Shown here one piece after another: positions 11,819 to 25,924 of a stretch of 64,000 nt of DNA. A program made the position numbers and the translations under genes. The notes beneath the pieces were generated by a model. The model saw only the letters and a list, made by a program, of their open reading frames with translations. It did not search any database and was not told the origin of the DNA. The first letter of the stretch is position 1. Each line of letters starts with the position of its first letter. Origin of the DNA: Trichinella spiralis (lineage: Eukaryota); the NCBI RefSeq assembly GCF_000181795.1, contig NW_003526945.1:4973282-5037281 (forward strand). The letters are read 5' to 3'.

Positions 11819-14686
11819 ATTGGCATTTACATTTGCACGTCCACAAATAAAGCATTACTTTCACTTTATACAAATAAAAATGTATTCATTTTGTTTTTAA
11901 ACGTTAACAATAATAACATTATTATTATTATATGTTGGTCTTTAATTTGCACAAGCAAAAAACATCCCTTTGCTAAAGAACATTTAGCTACGCTTTGATT
12001 TGATTTTTGCAATGATTAAATTTAGGTTAAAATTATACATGTTTAAATATTAAATAATGCTGTTTTGCCTTCGACAGAAAAACATTCGGCAAATCAATTT
12101 TAATAATGTTTTCCATGTAAATAAATTGTTAACCTTGTAAGGAAATTGTCAAGCATTTCATTATTCAGTTTTACGCGATTCGGAATTAAAAGGAATTTTG
12201 AAGAAAGCGTAGAAGCGGAAATAACATTTAAATAAATTCTGCTTTTCCAAACATTTGGCATGTAGATATGCAAAATTTTTTTAAACAATCTGAAACTATC
12301 AGTGTAAAATTAGATTTGGATTGAATTTTAGAAATTTTAGATAGTCCATTTGAAAATACTCTTCTCAGTATAAATTTTTCCGATAAGTTCATCTAAAATT
12401 ATTCCATACGGATAATTTTCAATCATTCTACACCTACTACTTCTAATTGTGCAAATTAATGACAGTGCATTCGTAAAAGAAGCTCAATGTGTGGTAAATC
12501 AGCGTCTGCTGCAACTGCTCCGTATAATGCCTGATAAAAGCTTATAATATTCTATTCTATTTTTGCTCAATTTTAGTGTAATGTAATTTTTAAACAAATA
12601 ATTTACGTAACACTAATTTAGTTCTAAAAATATGCTATATATAAGAAACTTTTGACGTAATGAGCAAGTGAAGTAATTTTTCAGTTACAGTTCTTTGCTA
12701 TTGAACATAGCATTCTTTTGTTCAAAATGTCAAATTAGACTAATGAGCACTTTCGTGTGCTAAAGTAAAAGATTTCATAAAAAGTAAATTCATAAATAAA
12801 AAAATGAAATTTCATATAAAGTAAAAGCGTTTAAACTGCAGAAAGTATCAAAAATTATCCTTGCTTTATGCAAAATTATGTTACTGTTATGTTTGCTTAG
12901 CGTTATAATAAGACCAGTAGTTGATAGTACAGCAACAGCTAAATTTAAAGAATGTAAATGCTCGCAAAATTGCTTCACATTCAAAGAAATTAATAGGAGA
13001 ATTTTATTTTTTTGCTTACTGGGATGTTTTCATCTGCTTTAGCTTTGATAGAAACAGGAAGTGATTGATTTTTGAAAAGAAAGTAAACTTAGTTCATTCC
13101 CTTAATTAAGATTTTATGCTTTGTAAAAAACAGCAAAAATATATGAACTATTTTCAAATTAGTTTTATTACTATATAAATCATATATTATAAGAAATGTA
13201 ATGTTACATTATATAAATGAAAACTGCATAAGTTTTTAAGAAATCTTATAAACTTGGTATATTCTTTAGCTCTAACTGCATTATAATTTAATAATAAATT
13301 GATTCCAAAAAATAATTTTAATATATAAAGGGCTGAGGAATTTTTAAAATTGCTATCAAGTGCTTTTCAGTATGCTGTCATAGTGGGAACGTCAATAAGT
13401 CTGAAAGATGTTCTTGATAAATTACTTTTAGGCTTACAATTTCTGTTTTATTTCTGAAGATTTGCAATATTTGTTATTCAAAATACTCTGAAAAGAGCAT
13501 TTTTCTTCAAATTTAACTTCACCTTAAGAAACAAAGAAAACTGACCAGGATAACTGCAATGCGTATGTGATGAATTGACTTCAATTTTATTTTAAAACTG
13601 AATTGTTCATGTACAAAAGTAATTGCAAATTCGTTTGCTCAACAAAATGCAAAATTAAACTCTACTGCGGGCTAAAATAAATAACTTTAATCCGTCTGCT
13701 TTTGAGGAAATTGTCAAAGTCAGGATATAGATTTTACTTTTATGTTCAGTGCGATATTTTCATCAATTTTTTTGAGATCAATGTGCGTCAATAATATATC
13801 AAAGCAGCTTTGAAATGCCGTTAAATTATGAACAGTCTTTTATCATAAAACAATTAAAAAGCATGCTTAAATGGATAAAAATGTTTGCACATTAATTCAA
13901 ACGATGCAATAGTTCAATCGTTATTTAGCAAATGAGAATATAGTAAATGAATGATAATAAAGTAAATTTTTTTTAATAAGGCAATGTAAAACATAAAATT
14001 ACTTTTATTCTAAAAAAATATTTTAAATTAAAAAAATATTCTTTACAGCACATTCTATAAGCATGCGATACAGCAGTTGACAAATAATAACATTAAAATC
14101 AGTATTGACAGAATGCCAAAATTTAGTGATTTTCTCTCTCTTCTAAATCTATTTAAACAGCCCATTTGCTAAGTTGACTTTAAATAAATACACAAAGATA
14201 ATAAATTATTATTGTATTTTATGTTACGTTTTTTAAGAGTAATTGTTCTTAAAAATAGTTTCTTATTGCTATAATTTTAGGATGTCATCTTGGGTACATT
14301 TAAATATACATATTTATTCTTAATGTGAGCGGTAACGTTGAACTGAATATGATTTATGTTTCTGATTTGAAATCCATAAATATCTTACGGTATTTATATT
14401 GCGTGATATAAATACGATTCATTTGCATAAATGTTAAAATATTACATTTATGACACTGTTAAGATCATTACATGATTATAAGTTATAGAACTTATGTTCA
14501 TAATAGTTTCGTTACTTGGATATTTAGCTATTTAGTTTAAGCATTCTTCGTATGACAATTTTTCATTATGCTAAACTTTTATTTTTGTGTTTACATTTCA
14601 TTCCACTACATTAATAAGTAAAACGTAAAAAGTGTCTTGGAATGATGGAATTATTAAAACTTTCTTCATTATAAGTAAAATTTTAG

Positions 14687-16389
14687 TTGTGACCGGTGAT
14701 ATCTGTCTGCTCACTTGCTTGCAGAAGTTTGCAGAAAAAATGAACCCTGAAAACAGTAACAGTTCGCCTAGTTCGTCTTCTGAATACGCTGAAGTTAATG
14801 TAACAAGTATCCAATCTACAAAAGGTCCAGAAAATTTGCAACCGAATCTTCGCTACGTCTGCCGGTTCTGCAAATGATACTGTTTTCATTTTTGATTATA
14901 TTAATGTTTAAAAAAGTATATTTTGTAGGGTCTTTACAAGTTTCAAAAGTTGCACAAATTCTTGTTCTTCTCCAGTTGCTTTGAATGTTTTACAAAATGG
15001 ATTTGTTGGTTTCAATTTCATCTGCATAGAACGTCGAGAAGGTAATTCTTTTCATCAAGAACTCTCAAAGTGAATACAATAAAATTTAAATTAAAAATTA
15101 ATTTTATATTAAAAATGAATTCAAATGGTTTTTTCATGAAAGATTTAAGTAAAACAGATTGCTTGCATACATTTATTTCATTCTGATTTTATGACAAAAT
15201 GATATAAATTGATCTCTCAAAATGCATATAAAAATAACTAAAATCACAAATTAAGTATATTTCAATCTCAAAATTGATCAAAAATTTATGTAATTAATTA
15301 GAAATGAACCATTCAGTTTTGAAAAAACAATTAGCAAACAGCAGTATCGTCTGTGTTATTGCTCTGATCTGATGTCGTCGATGCCATGTGCTAATCAATA
15401 AAGTATTGATTTGTAGGTATTTATTTATTGATTGTTTGCGAAAGTTGGTCATAAATGTGTTCTATTTCATTGTAATCATTGTTGACAGAAATGAAAAATG
15501 AGCAGCATAATGAAAACCACGTTTTATTAGGTATATTAGTATTTTTTGTCATAAAAATATACACAATATATTATGTTGCGGAACAAGTGAAATGCCAGAT
15601 AAATTCAACAAAAATTATAAAAGCCGTTTGTTTGTTACATTTTATTAGGAAGTATATTATTATTATCATTATTATTATGGAAGAGCGTTTTAAAATCAAA
15701 ATTTTTGAATTTGTTATCCAGAATTCTTTGAATACGCACCTTGTTTGGAGGAAAAAGAAGCACTGATCAGTAGAATGTGCAAAAACGAGCTTCGATTGTC
15801 TGAACTAGCTTTTCACTCCTTGCAGCATATGATGAATTCAAAATCTACTCATCGTGAAACGATATTGCTTGATTTTTGCAGGTTTGGAAAAATTTTTTTG
15901 TTTTTCTTGTTTTTAATTTAAAACATCTACAAATTTAAACTGTACTGTAGAAACACTTCTTTGATTGTCATGTGCGTTCTTCCGGCAACAAGAGCTGAAT
16001 GCGGTTACGTCTCTGCTAATCTAATGCGTGAATTTATTGCACTGACATTTCGGAACATCTATGAATTTTTGGAAACTTTTCCAAATGTAAATACTGCTGA
16101 TCATAATTCATGCTATTTGCTGATGCGATTGCTTACTACATTTGACCTCAACGGGCAAGTGCTTCCGACAGAACTGGAAGAACAAGCGACTCCAATTAAT
16201 GTATGGAGTAAGCAAGGAAATATTCACAAAGCAAAGATTTCCAACTCCTATCGGCCGATAAATAGGAGACATCGAATCAGCTCAAGTACAGCCTTTGCAA
16301 AGATTTCAAAACTTTTAGCTGTGCTTTCCTTTGCGCTTTTCATCTTTCTCTTATATGCTTACAATGATAATTTATTTCTATACTTGTAA
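14687..16389 (+). CDS. Cys-rich CPG4 (chondroitin proteoglycan 4)-like domain protein with C-terminal hydrophobic anchor; 5' exon not located
   Basis: Phase-compatible exons 14687-14864, 14929-15041, 15722-15881, 15951-16389: DICLLTCLQKF...YVCRVFTSFKSCTNSC...FNFICIERREEFFEYAPCL...MC...DFCR...MCVLPATRAECG...SC...LLAVLSFALFIFLLYAY. The Cys spacing resembles nematode CPG4/DUF19-type domains. Confidence 0.6.
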
Positions 16390-18001
16390 TAAGGCGTTCA
16401 GAAAGTAAAACATTCTTTTTACATTAAGCATCCTTTTTTACAGATTTATTTCTACACACCCATAAACGCGCTGTTTAATAATTTACCAAATATGCAGTGT
16501 ATATTGCTTTTAATTTTTATCCAAGAAGAATGAAATTATCCCATCAAACAGTAGCAGCAAATAGCTGTTTATTCACATTGAACTTGAATTTGCACTTCAC
16601 TGATAAACTCCAATAACTAACATTTTCCACAACTTTTCCAAATTAGTTCAGAACATAGTTAAGAACAATTATTTTAACAAATAATTATATTTCATAAGAA
16701 AAAGCTTGATATATGAAATTGCACGACAGATAGTTTAAAGATTTCAGTCACAATACGAAGTATATGAACTGCATTTTACGATTTACCAATACTCTACAGA
16801 AACAAGAATATTTTTTAAGCTTAATATTAATCAGTTTTATTTAACTTTCAAAAAATTAAATAATAAATTTGTTCACCAGTTGCTAAACTATATTCATTCG
16901 CAAAAGTTTTGAAAGTGCACATTTTCTTTTATGCCATATTATTTATTCAACAGTTCTTAGTAGTAACAAGTGTAAAAAGCAAGTTTATTTTAAAAAATAC
17001 TGTAATATTTAAAAATATTAAACTCCATGTATTAAAATAAAGCTTGGAATCCTGTTAATATTTTAAATTATTGATAAAACTTTCATGAACTTTTTTTAAA
17101 GCAATTTTGCTTTCATGTCTATGGAGTATTCAAATTTCAAAGTTTTTACATCCACTCAGCCCAGTTTACTGTAATTAAAATTTAGCCGTTGCCATCCATT
17201 GACAATTTAAGTTAGATATAAATTTTGTTTTCTAATTAAATCACTGGATATTTTTTTTTCTTTGTATTGTCGAAACAATATGTACGATTTAGCTATGGAA
17301 CTGAAAACTTTCTAATGATTTATAATTATAAGAAGGAACATTTTAGCATGAACATCATAAATTTTAAAAGTAAATAGAAATATTATGCAAAAATTTTTAA
17401 ATTTCAATAACTTATGATAATAATGTCAGTATTTATTTTCACCGAAATGCTATCATTTCTATTCTGAAAGATTTTTGCTAACAGTTGAAGCATTTTGGAA
17501 AATGCTTGACATTTTTATTTATCAACAGATGCATTATGGCAATTGTATGCATAAGAAAAGTTATTAGACAAAGATCTTCATTAATGGAAGCCAATTTTTT
17601 CTTAAAGTGGTCTGAAAATGTTAGGTAAACTTTCTGATTGGACAGAAGAATAGCTAACGGTTATGAATCAATGAAACTGCAGCAACCGTTTCTCAATATT
17701 GCTTATTTTCTTTGAAATGATGCTTCGGTTCTGCTCTTCCCATGATGCTTATATTTAAAATAAAAATATTATCATTATTTTAAAATTTCATGTGTTTTTG
17801 AAATTATCAATCTAAATTTCTAAATTAGTAAGCAATCTGATTGGATTATAATATTTTGTGAAATAGCAGTGGTGTGAAACATTTTTGCATAATGATTGTT
17901 CCATACATTCTTCTCATCATCAAAGATGCTTATCAGTTTATGACAACTACGACGAAACTAATCAACGAAAAGATTATATGTGATTTTTTGATTTTCATTA
18001 G

Positions 18002-18255
18002 CTCATTTTCACACTGAATACGATTGGCTCACCGTCGCAACTCTTCTGGTCAACCGGTAAGATTTTTGTTTTTATTATTTGTATCTGAATATTTAAGTTT
18101 GTTTCAAAATGAATAGGCCATTTATGAGACTGTGCTTGTTGAAATTTCCTCTTTTCAACGGTTTGATTTTATTTCGAAGCATCAAGCGCCGTCATTCATA
18201 TTTTAATACTCTATTTTCGATTGATAACGATGATGAAGTTTATGAAACGCCATAA
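18002..18255 (+). CDS. Possible two-exon 3' end of a small unknown gene
   Basis: TTAG acceptor, exon 18002-18056 with GTAAG donor, then a phase-compatible exon from 18117 ending ...DNDDEVYETP*. No homology recognised. Confidence 0.2.
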
Positions 18256-21200
18256 ATAGAATTCACAATTTTTTTAATTTATTCAAAATTAATTTTTTAT
18301 ATTTCACGTAGTTTTATTTCTATAACATTCTGTTATATGAAAATATTGAAGCAAAACTATCAAAAGTCATTTCAACTGTACTTCTGTAAACATCAAATGA
18401 AATAAAAAATTAATAAATAATTCATCAGAAGCAGACAATGCGTTTACTTAACAGGATAATAATTTGCATATTAAATATTAGCTATTAATCGAGCAATACA
18501 GAATTGTACTACCAAATAATGTTCGAGGCGATATTATTGATGAGAATGTGCATGAACAAATTAGTATTTGTTGATTTCCATTAATGTTATTGGTGCAAAT
18601 TGGGTGAAAGCAGCAGTGCTTAAAATGCCCACATGCTTTTGTTTGCAGCACTATAGAACATCGCCATACATTAGTTGCTTCAATTTAATGATTCTTAAAA
18701 TGCACAATGCGCTAAAGTTTTAAAATCCATTTCACTATATACATAACGTTCATTATTATTATTATTGTCTCATTATTGTATCATTGTCTAAAATTATGCT
18801 TGAAATATTCGATAATAATTTAAATAATAAACATTTTTCCATTAAATAACGGAAGTTTAGAAACTAATTGAAGATTTAGTAACATTAGAAGAGATTTTGA
18901 TCTGCTTACTGTGAAGATTTATATTAGATTAGTGTTTAAAAAAATTTCTTGATGCTTATTACAAGGCGTTGATAAATTTTTTTAACAAAAGTGCAATAAC
19001 TTTCATTATTACTAAGTATTTTCGAGATTTGCAGCTAATAACCTCCATTCTCAGTGATATGTGTTATGGATTGCTAAATTAAACAGCCTCGATAAAACAC
19101 GATCAGATTATCTACTTGTCATATGTTTACTGTGAGGAGACATCATTTTGCAGAATAACACACGCTTATAGGACAAGTAAATATTCATTTTAAGTGCATG
19201 TATTTGCAACTTTGGTAATATTAAAGTTACTAGATATATTTTCTTTGTTGTCAAATAAAAAAATATACATCTGTAGGAATTTTGAAGGCATATTAATTCT
19301 TCAAGAGAATCGTATTGAACTTATGAGCTGGATGAGAACTTGCATTAACGATAAGCTTTCAGCAAAATGAAATGTAGTACGCATTTTAAATTAAAATGAA
19401 ATAAATTATTATTCATATTTTATAAAAATCATTGGATAAAATTCCTAATATGAAATTGCTGTTGGCAGAATTATATGTGAATTTTTTTCAAAATAATCGA
19501 TAGGTGCTTCAATTTTTGGAAAGGGAAATGTTGAAGTTCCTTCCTTTAAAGCAATGCTGCAATGCATATGATTTTCATTATTGAAAAAGCTAAAGATACA
19601 TACAATTTTAAATTGCATGTTAAAAAATGAATTCACAAAGCGTTTTTTCTTTTTAACAGAAAATTTCAGAAATATTTTTAAAAAATTTTAAATATCTGAT
19701 GCAATTATAGATGCTAATAATTGACAGCTGCTGTGAAAAGATTTTAAATTATTGATAAGTATTAGCATTAATTAAAATACTAAACGTTCTCTGCTTTATT
19801 ATTCGCGTATATTCAGAGAAGTGAATTGAAGTTTCTTGGAAGAATATTTTTCATAAACTTTGCACATTAAATCTAAGGTTAAAAATATTTTTACAACAGT
19901 TCACATTTCAACCTCATTTACCAGTTGAATTCGATCTGTTTTTGTAGTAAGCTGAAATGCTAGGCTAGATCGATTTTCTTCTGCTAATTACTTTTTTCTG
20001 CGGAAATGTTCATTGCATGACAAATGCTATATATATATTGAGTGAATGGCATTTGCCTCTTTTTCTACAAAACATGAATTATTCAGTCATTTCAAGCATC
20101 ACTATAAGCACAGATTAGGACTAAAATATGGCGACGAAAGCCATTTTTTCCGTTTCATTATTCCTAATCAAAATTATCTTCTTATTTCATTCAAGCAATT
20201 AAAATTAGCTGTAGGTTTTTCTGTAACAAAAAAGAAATCAATAGCTCCATTTATTTGAAATATTATTGTCTTTTGCATTTTAAAAGCATGCTTTTAAAAT
20301 TTAAGAGTCTATATAATTGTTGACTTTGAGCTGTCAAAAATTATTAATGTTTTGAATAAAAAATTATTCATAACAAGAAAAACTTTTTTCCATGCATGTA
20401 AATTGACACGAATACTGATACCGCTTTGTGATTTAGTGCTGCATGATGGAAGTTATATTTGCACAGTTAAGGCTTTCATGAAGTTGAAAATGGTTTTCAT
20501 AATTAAACGAAAACAATTATTTAACTATCAACTTAATGATAAGTGCAAATAATTAATTTCTGGATTTAGAAAATTGCTTTGCATTAAATACTGGTTTTAA
20601 CTATTCAACTGAATAAAGACTTGAACTTAATAATCATTGATATTGATGATTGCAAAACGCTTGAAAATAAAATTCGCAGTTTTTTTCCTACATTCAATTA
20701 AATATAACTTTATATAGCATGAAACGTGATTAATTGAGTACAGTGAAATGATTTTCAAATGATCAACTAGTTCAATGTAAAGCTCGAATAAGCGTAATAT
20801 TTCTGAGATATTTGTAAAAGAAAAAGTTTTCTCATCACCATTCTACCGTCGCAGCACAACTCAAAAAGTAAAATACAATCAGTCATTTGCTTGAATGTTT
20901 TTTTCTAAAAAAATCTAAAACCATAAGCATCGTAAAATGTAATGCGGAACGGCAGTTTCCAAATGTTTTTTTAAGTCTGTAAATAATGGTCACATATGAG
21001 CTTTGATTTGCTAAGTGAAAAAAAAGTTTAACTGAAATCAATAAGATATTATTGAAATTTACAATTCAAATGCATCAGCGGAAACTTTATTTTTTACTTT
21101 GTAATGATGCATTGTTCGAGTTGAGAGAAATATGAAAATAAGATTCCCGATGATCAGACTTGCTGAAAGATTTACTAACGAAAAGTTACGTCATTCGTTT

Positions 21201-24200
21201 GATAAAGCCATTGAGGGAATTGAAATGAAATTACATTTATTAACCGCTAAATTTCTCTAATTTTATGAAAAAATAAATTTCATTTCAACAAATTTTGTAC
21301 AATAAAAGCTGAAATTAACTTAAGAAAGAAAACTTTTAAAAATTAAGGCAATTTGTATTGTATTTAAAAAAGTTTTCAGTAATATCATTGCACTCTTCAA
21401 GCAGCAGGCTAGCTCCAATTCTATGCATATATTCAGAATTTTATCTTCGATATTACTGTGGTGAGTTCAGAATTTTTCATAATTGTGAAGCAATAAACTA
21501 AGAATCATTTACTTTTGTTTTTTTTTCAATTATAAATTTTGTTTTACCTCAAAAAAGAAAAAACCGAATAAGATTTATATCGAAGCTTAAACTGCATTAA
21601 ACAAAAATACTTTTACAAGTACCATTCATTAGCCTTTTATTCACTTTTGTGTATTTACATTTCATTAAAAAGGAAATTTATTAATTTCCTTCAACACATA
21701 CGTATACGTATAAGTAAATATCGATAAGAATGAAATCTGATTATTGGAAGAACACATCAAGATGAGATCGCTTGAGATTTTTGACAAACTTACTTTTGTG
21801 ATATCAGTGGGTCTTAATGTTCAAGTTAATCAAAAAAAAGTGAACGAACTGGGTATAATTGACAAGGTTAATTATCTGCTGAGTACTTGTTGAAACGTAA
21901 AAGCTGAGCTTGTAATTTAAGCTCAACCGTGCGGTGCACAGCTAACAGGAAAGCAAATCAAAGTTTCCAAAGCTTTGGCCCAAAGTTCAGAAGTTGCACA
22001 TTAGAACAGGAACAGATTCGAATCGATATGCATTTCAGTCTTTTGCCAAAAATAAGTGGTGATTTTCTATTCAATCTGCTTCGCGTTGCTAGAAGTTTGC
22101 TGATTTTTCTGCCTGCAGAGGAAAACGAAAACTTAACTCAGAGATGGCGAAATAAAGAGCTAGTAAAAGCTGTCGATGAAAAGCCACAGATGTGCTTGCG
22201 CCAAGGGAAATGTTAATTTTTCAGTGTCATTTATGAATAGAGCGTGAATTCTGATTAGCTGAGCTATGGGAACACTTTTCAACCGTCGATAATTTTATTT
22301 AACTTCATCACGTACATCACAGTGCTGTAGACGACCCTTGCACAGAAGAAAAAATTATCAGTCTTGCATAAATTTTATCTGCTGCTGATAAAAAAATAAT
22401 TTCAACATTATCATTACTTTACATTACATTGCATTGTAGAGATATTTTTGTGTTCAGTTCAACGGAAGTTTGAAAAAATATTTTGCTTTGTTTTGCAAGC
22501 AATTATAAAATAATCTGCTTGACATGTTGCATCTCAATGCAACACATCTGATTGGAAACAAACTAAAATAGTAAATTATTTATTTAAGTAAATTTTATAT
22601 AATTAAAAAGCGTTTTCCCCAGCTAATGTTGGATTTTAGGATTTGATTTGCTGCTGCACAACGTAAGCGTTTGAGAAAAGATCTTTATTGACCAAAACAT
22701 GCTTCAGGATAAAACTGTTATATAGAATGCACTTTCTTTTTTTTAAAAGCATTACAATGGTAAAATAATTAGCCAAATAAAAAGCATCCAATAAAGCTCT
22801 CAATAATTGTAATTCGTATAATAAGATGGCACGTGTCTGTGAACAATACGGATCACAATGGCGTTGAATTGTAATAACAGATATATTTGGACAACAGCTT
22901 TGGATTTGAAGAAAATAATTTAACAACACTCGAACGTCAAACTTGTCTTTGATGCTCAAGTAAAGATTTACAACCATTGGCTAACCAAGGTATGAGTTGA
23001 TTGATTATATTTTTCATACTTCAAAATACTTTCTCAGCTAAAGTATAAACTAAAATATTCATATGTCAATTGAATATTTCGCTTTAATCTTTTAATATGC
23101 AAATGTTGTTCTTATTATCATTCTTAATTATATTTCATGTAATTCTAGATTTTCATTGAATCAGAAATTCAATGAAAAACTTTTCCCAACAGCCATAATC
23201 ATATATAGATTTTTTATTCTTCATTGCGTACTGTTTTGGTTATTGTAATAATAAATGCAATATATAAATAAATAAATAAATACTGTGATGAATAAAAAAG
23301 TTGCTTATTATGGAAAATTACTGCTATGGAAAACTATTATTTCATTTTGCTCTTTTGTTTACTTATATGTAAATAATTACTGTTTATTCTATGTGAAGCT
23401 AAGTAAAACGTTGTTATGTTTGTGTGTAAGAACAATGAATGCTGTTTACTGGAAAAAACAAATTGCATCTGCCAAAGCACCTTTGTAAAATTGCTTTTAA
23501 GCCTAATATATATTTATTAGTGAAAATAATACTTACTTTGATAAAGTGTATTTGAAACAGAGCTGTAAATTTTATTTAAAATTGTATTCGTATTTTCTTG
23601 CTATTTGCATGGTTTGCAGAGCTTAAATTTTCTTAATGTATTGTAAGCTTGAGGTGAAATTTAAATGGAATAACTTTCAGTTTTGTTTATATTTTATCAG
23701 TAGCTAGCTGCATGCATACAAATGAATACTTGAATTGAAATACATATGTGGATAAAGTGAAGCATTTTATTTGCTTGTCATCTCTGTAGCATTAATGTAC
23801 GCCGTTATTTTAGTGTTTTTCAAATTTATCTGGGTTATGCAAAAATTTATGCACTAAGTTATTTCTCAAGTTTACGAAAGATCTAATAATACATCTAATA
23901 ATCCAATAATTCTTTTATAATACATTTTCCATTCAATAATAGCAGTTCCATTTTCAACTTAGCATGCGTGGCAGTGGATAGTAGTAATAAGCTAAGCAAA
24001 AACAATCACTATAATAATGATGTGATATTGTTGGTTTGCCTGCTTTTAATTTGTTTCAGTTTGATTATAGCTATGTAATTATTTTGTACTGAAAAAGAAA
24101 TTTATTGAATGAAATGAATAAATTTGCATGTGTTTACCAACCATAAAGTGAAGCGTGAGGAGTTTATAAAGTGCATATTTATTCATTTTCATTTCATTTT

Positions 24201-24808
24201 TGTCGACTGCATTATTGTCATCATGTCGATATCGATTAATAAAAAGTAGATAAAAGAAATTGCACGATACTTGCCTTCAATTTCTACTACAGTGTGGATG
24301 ATATCTTTTTCAAATGATGATTTATATGCTACTGAAAAGTCGTTGTAACCGAAATGCAAAGTTACAATTTTTTGCAATCAGCAGTTTATTGAACGAAAGG
24401 AGGAAGGTTGGTCGCGTCTGCTTTGAAATGTGGTAGTTAATAAGGTTGAATTGTCAAAAGATTGCTTTGATTTTAACGTTTTTGTTAGTTTTATTAAGCC
24501 TTATCACAGCTTGATTGGTCGAATCAATCCAAATCTTTGTCAAACAAAACTTTGCTTGTTTATTCATAACTAAATCAACAACATATTTGCCATTGACATG
24601 TTGGTGGTTCGCAGTTCTTTCAACGGTTATCTTGTAGTCGCCAAGTTGCAATCCATGTCGGCAGCCAATCGTCACTCGTTTGTCTGAATAAAGTGAAACC
24701 AAGAAAACAATTTTTTAAAATGCTTGAAAAGCGACTGCAGCTTGGTATGCATCTTTACTTGAACTATTGTTTCCTGAATGCATAAATGCTCCATTTTAAA
24801 TGTAGGCC

Positions 24809-25924
24809 ATGCAAGCTTTCAACGAGTCTTCTGAATGTGGAGAAGGCTGGCCGTCTGGCCCTGCGGATTACATCACTCAGCTTGTTTTTGGTCCAATTTT
24901 AGCTTCTTTTGTCTTCATTTCGGTAATCAGCAATATTGTATGCATAACCGTTCTTCACCGGTCACGTCAATGGCCACGCCTGAATACGTGCTTGATTGCA
25001 TTGGCTGCTTGGGAAATTGTTCTAATGTGTGCCTCTTTCTTCTTGTACAGCTTCCCTGTTCTGCTTTATCATAATTCACCAGTAAATGGACCGTATGTGA
25101 AAACTTACGCCTATTGGTACACCGCTGCGAATATGGCAAATCAGGCGGCTGTATGGGTTGTACTAGTGATGGCTATAGATCGCTATTTTGCAATATGCCA
25201 TCCCCTCAAGCATCGACGATTTGGTGATACAGCTCGTGGTAAAATTTTACTGCTTGTTAGCACGTTTGCAATTATGCATGCTACTCCTCGATTTTTCGAA
25301 GTCAGCGTGGTGTACTGCTCACCGGTTGACAATTCTACACCCGTTGTAACAGTAGTTCCAAGCGGCTTGCAGCAGAACTACATATACAGAATGTTGTACA
25401 AGGTAATTGGTGGAATGCTTTTATATTCAGTCGGACCGTTTCTTGTGCTCAGCTTCATTGCGGCCCAAGTATCGAAACACATGAGCAAGTACGCTATAAC
25501 AAGACGCAAACTGATACAAGAAGAAAGTCCTGGCATGCAGGCTCGACTGAGCGTTTCGTCGACTAGCGATAAAGTGCGTGATCAAAATCGTGATCAACTT
25601 TTGCTTATTATGATTATCAAATTTCTCACTTGCCATTCGTTGCCAACAGCACTGGACGTAATGGAAACTGTTGTACCAGCTGAACTTTTCGCATCCGTTA
25701 CAATAAGTCGTCTAATTGACGTGTCCAACATATTGGTGATGATCAATGCTGGTTGCAATGTGTTTATTTACATTGCTTGCAGTCAAAATTTTCGGCACCA
25801 AATTTCGTTGCACTTGCTTCGTTCTAGGCGTTTCAGTCAACCTTTCTATCAGTCTTCAACCAGAGATTTACGACGGCACGGCTACGACTACACACCCAGA
25901 AATAGCAAACAGTTGGCCGTCTAA
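24809..25924 (+). CDS. Class A (rhodopsin-like) GPCR, FMRFamide/neuropeptide receptor-like, single coding exon
   Basis: 371-aa ORF with seven hydrophobic segments. Motifs: TM1 SNIVCI, TM2 LIALAAWE, MAIDRYFAICHP, TM4 PRFFE, TM5 GPF, TM6 CHSLP, TM7 NAGCNVFIY and helix-8 FR. TGTAG acceptor 3 nt before the ATG. Confidence 0.92.
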   Translation: MQAFNESSECGEGWPSGPADYITQLVFGPILASFVFISVISNIVCITVLHRSRQWPRLNTCLIALAAWEIVLMCASFFLYSFPVLLYHNSPVNGPYVKTYAYWYTAANMANQAAVWVVLVMAIDRYFAICHPLKHRRFGDTARGKILLLVSTFAIMHATPRFFEVSVVYCSPVDNSTPVVTVVPSGLQQNYIYRMLYKVIGGMLLYSVGPFLVLSFIAAQVSKHMSKYAITRRKLIQEESPGMQARLSVSSTSDKVRDQNRDQLLLIMIIKFLTCHSLPTALDVMETVVPAELFASVTISRLIDVSNILVMINAGCNVFIYIACSQNFRHQISLHLLRSRRFSQPFYQSSTRDLRRHGYDYTPRNSKQLAV

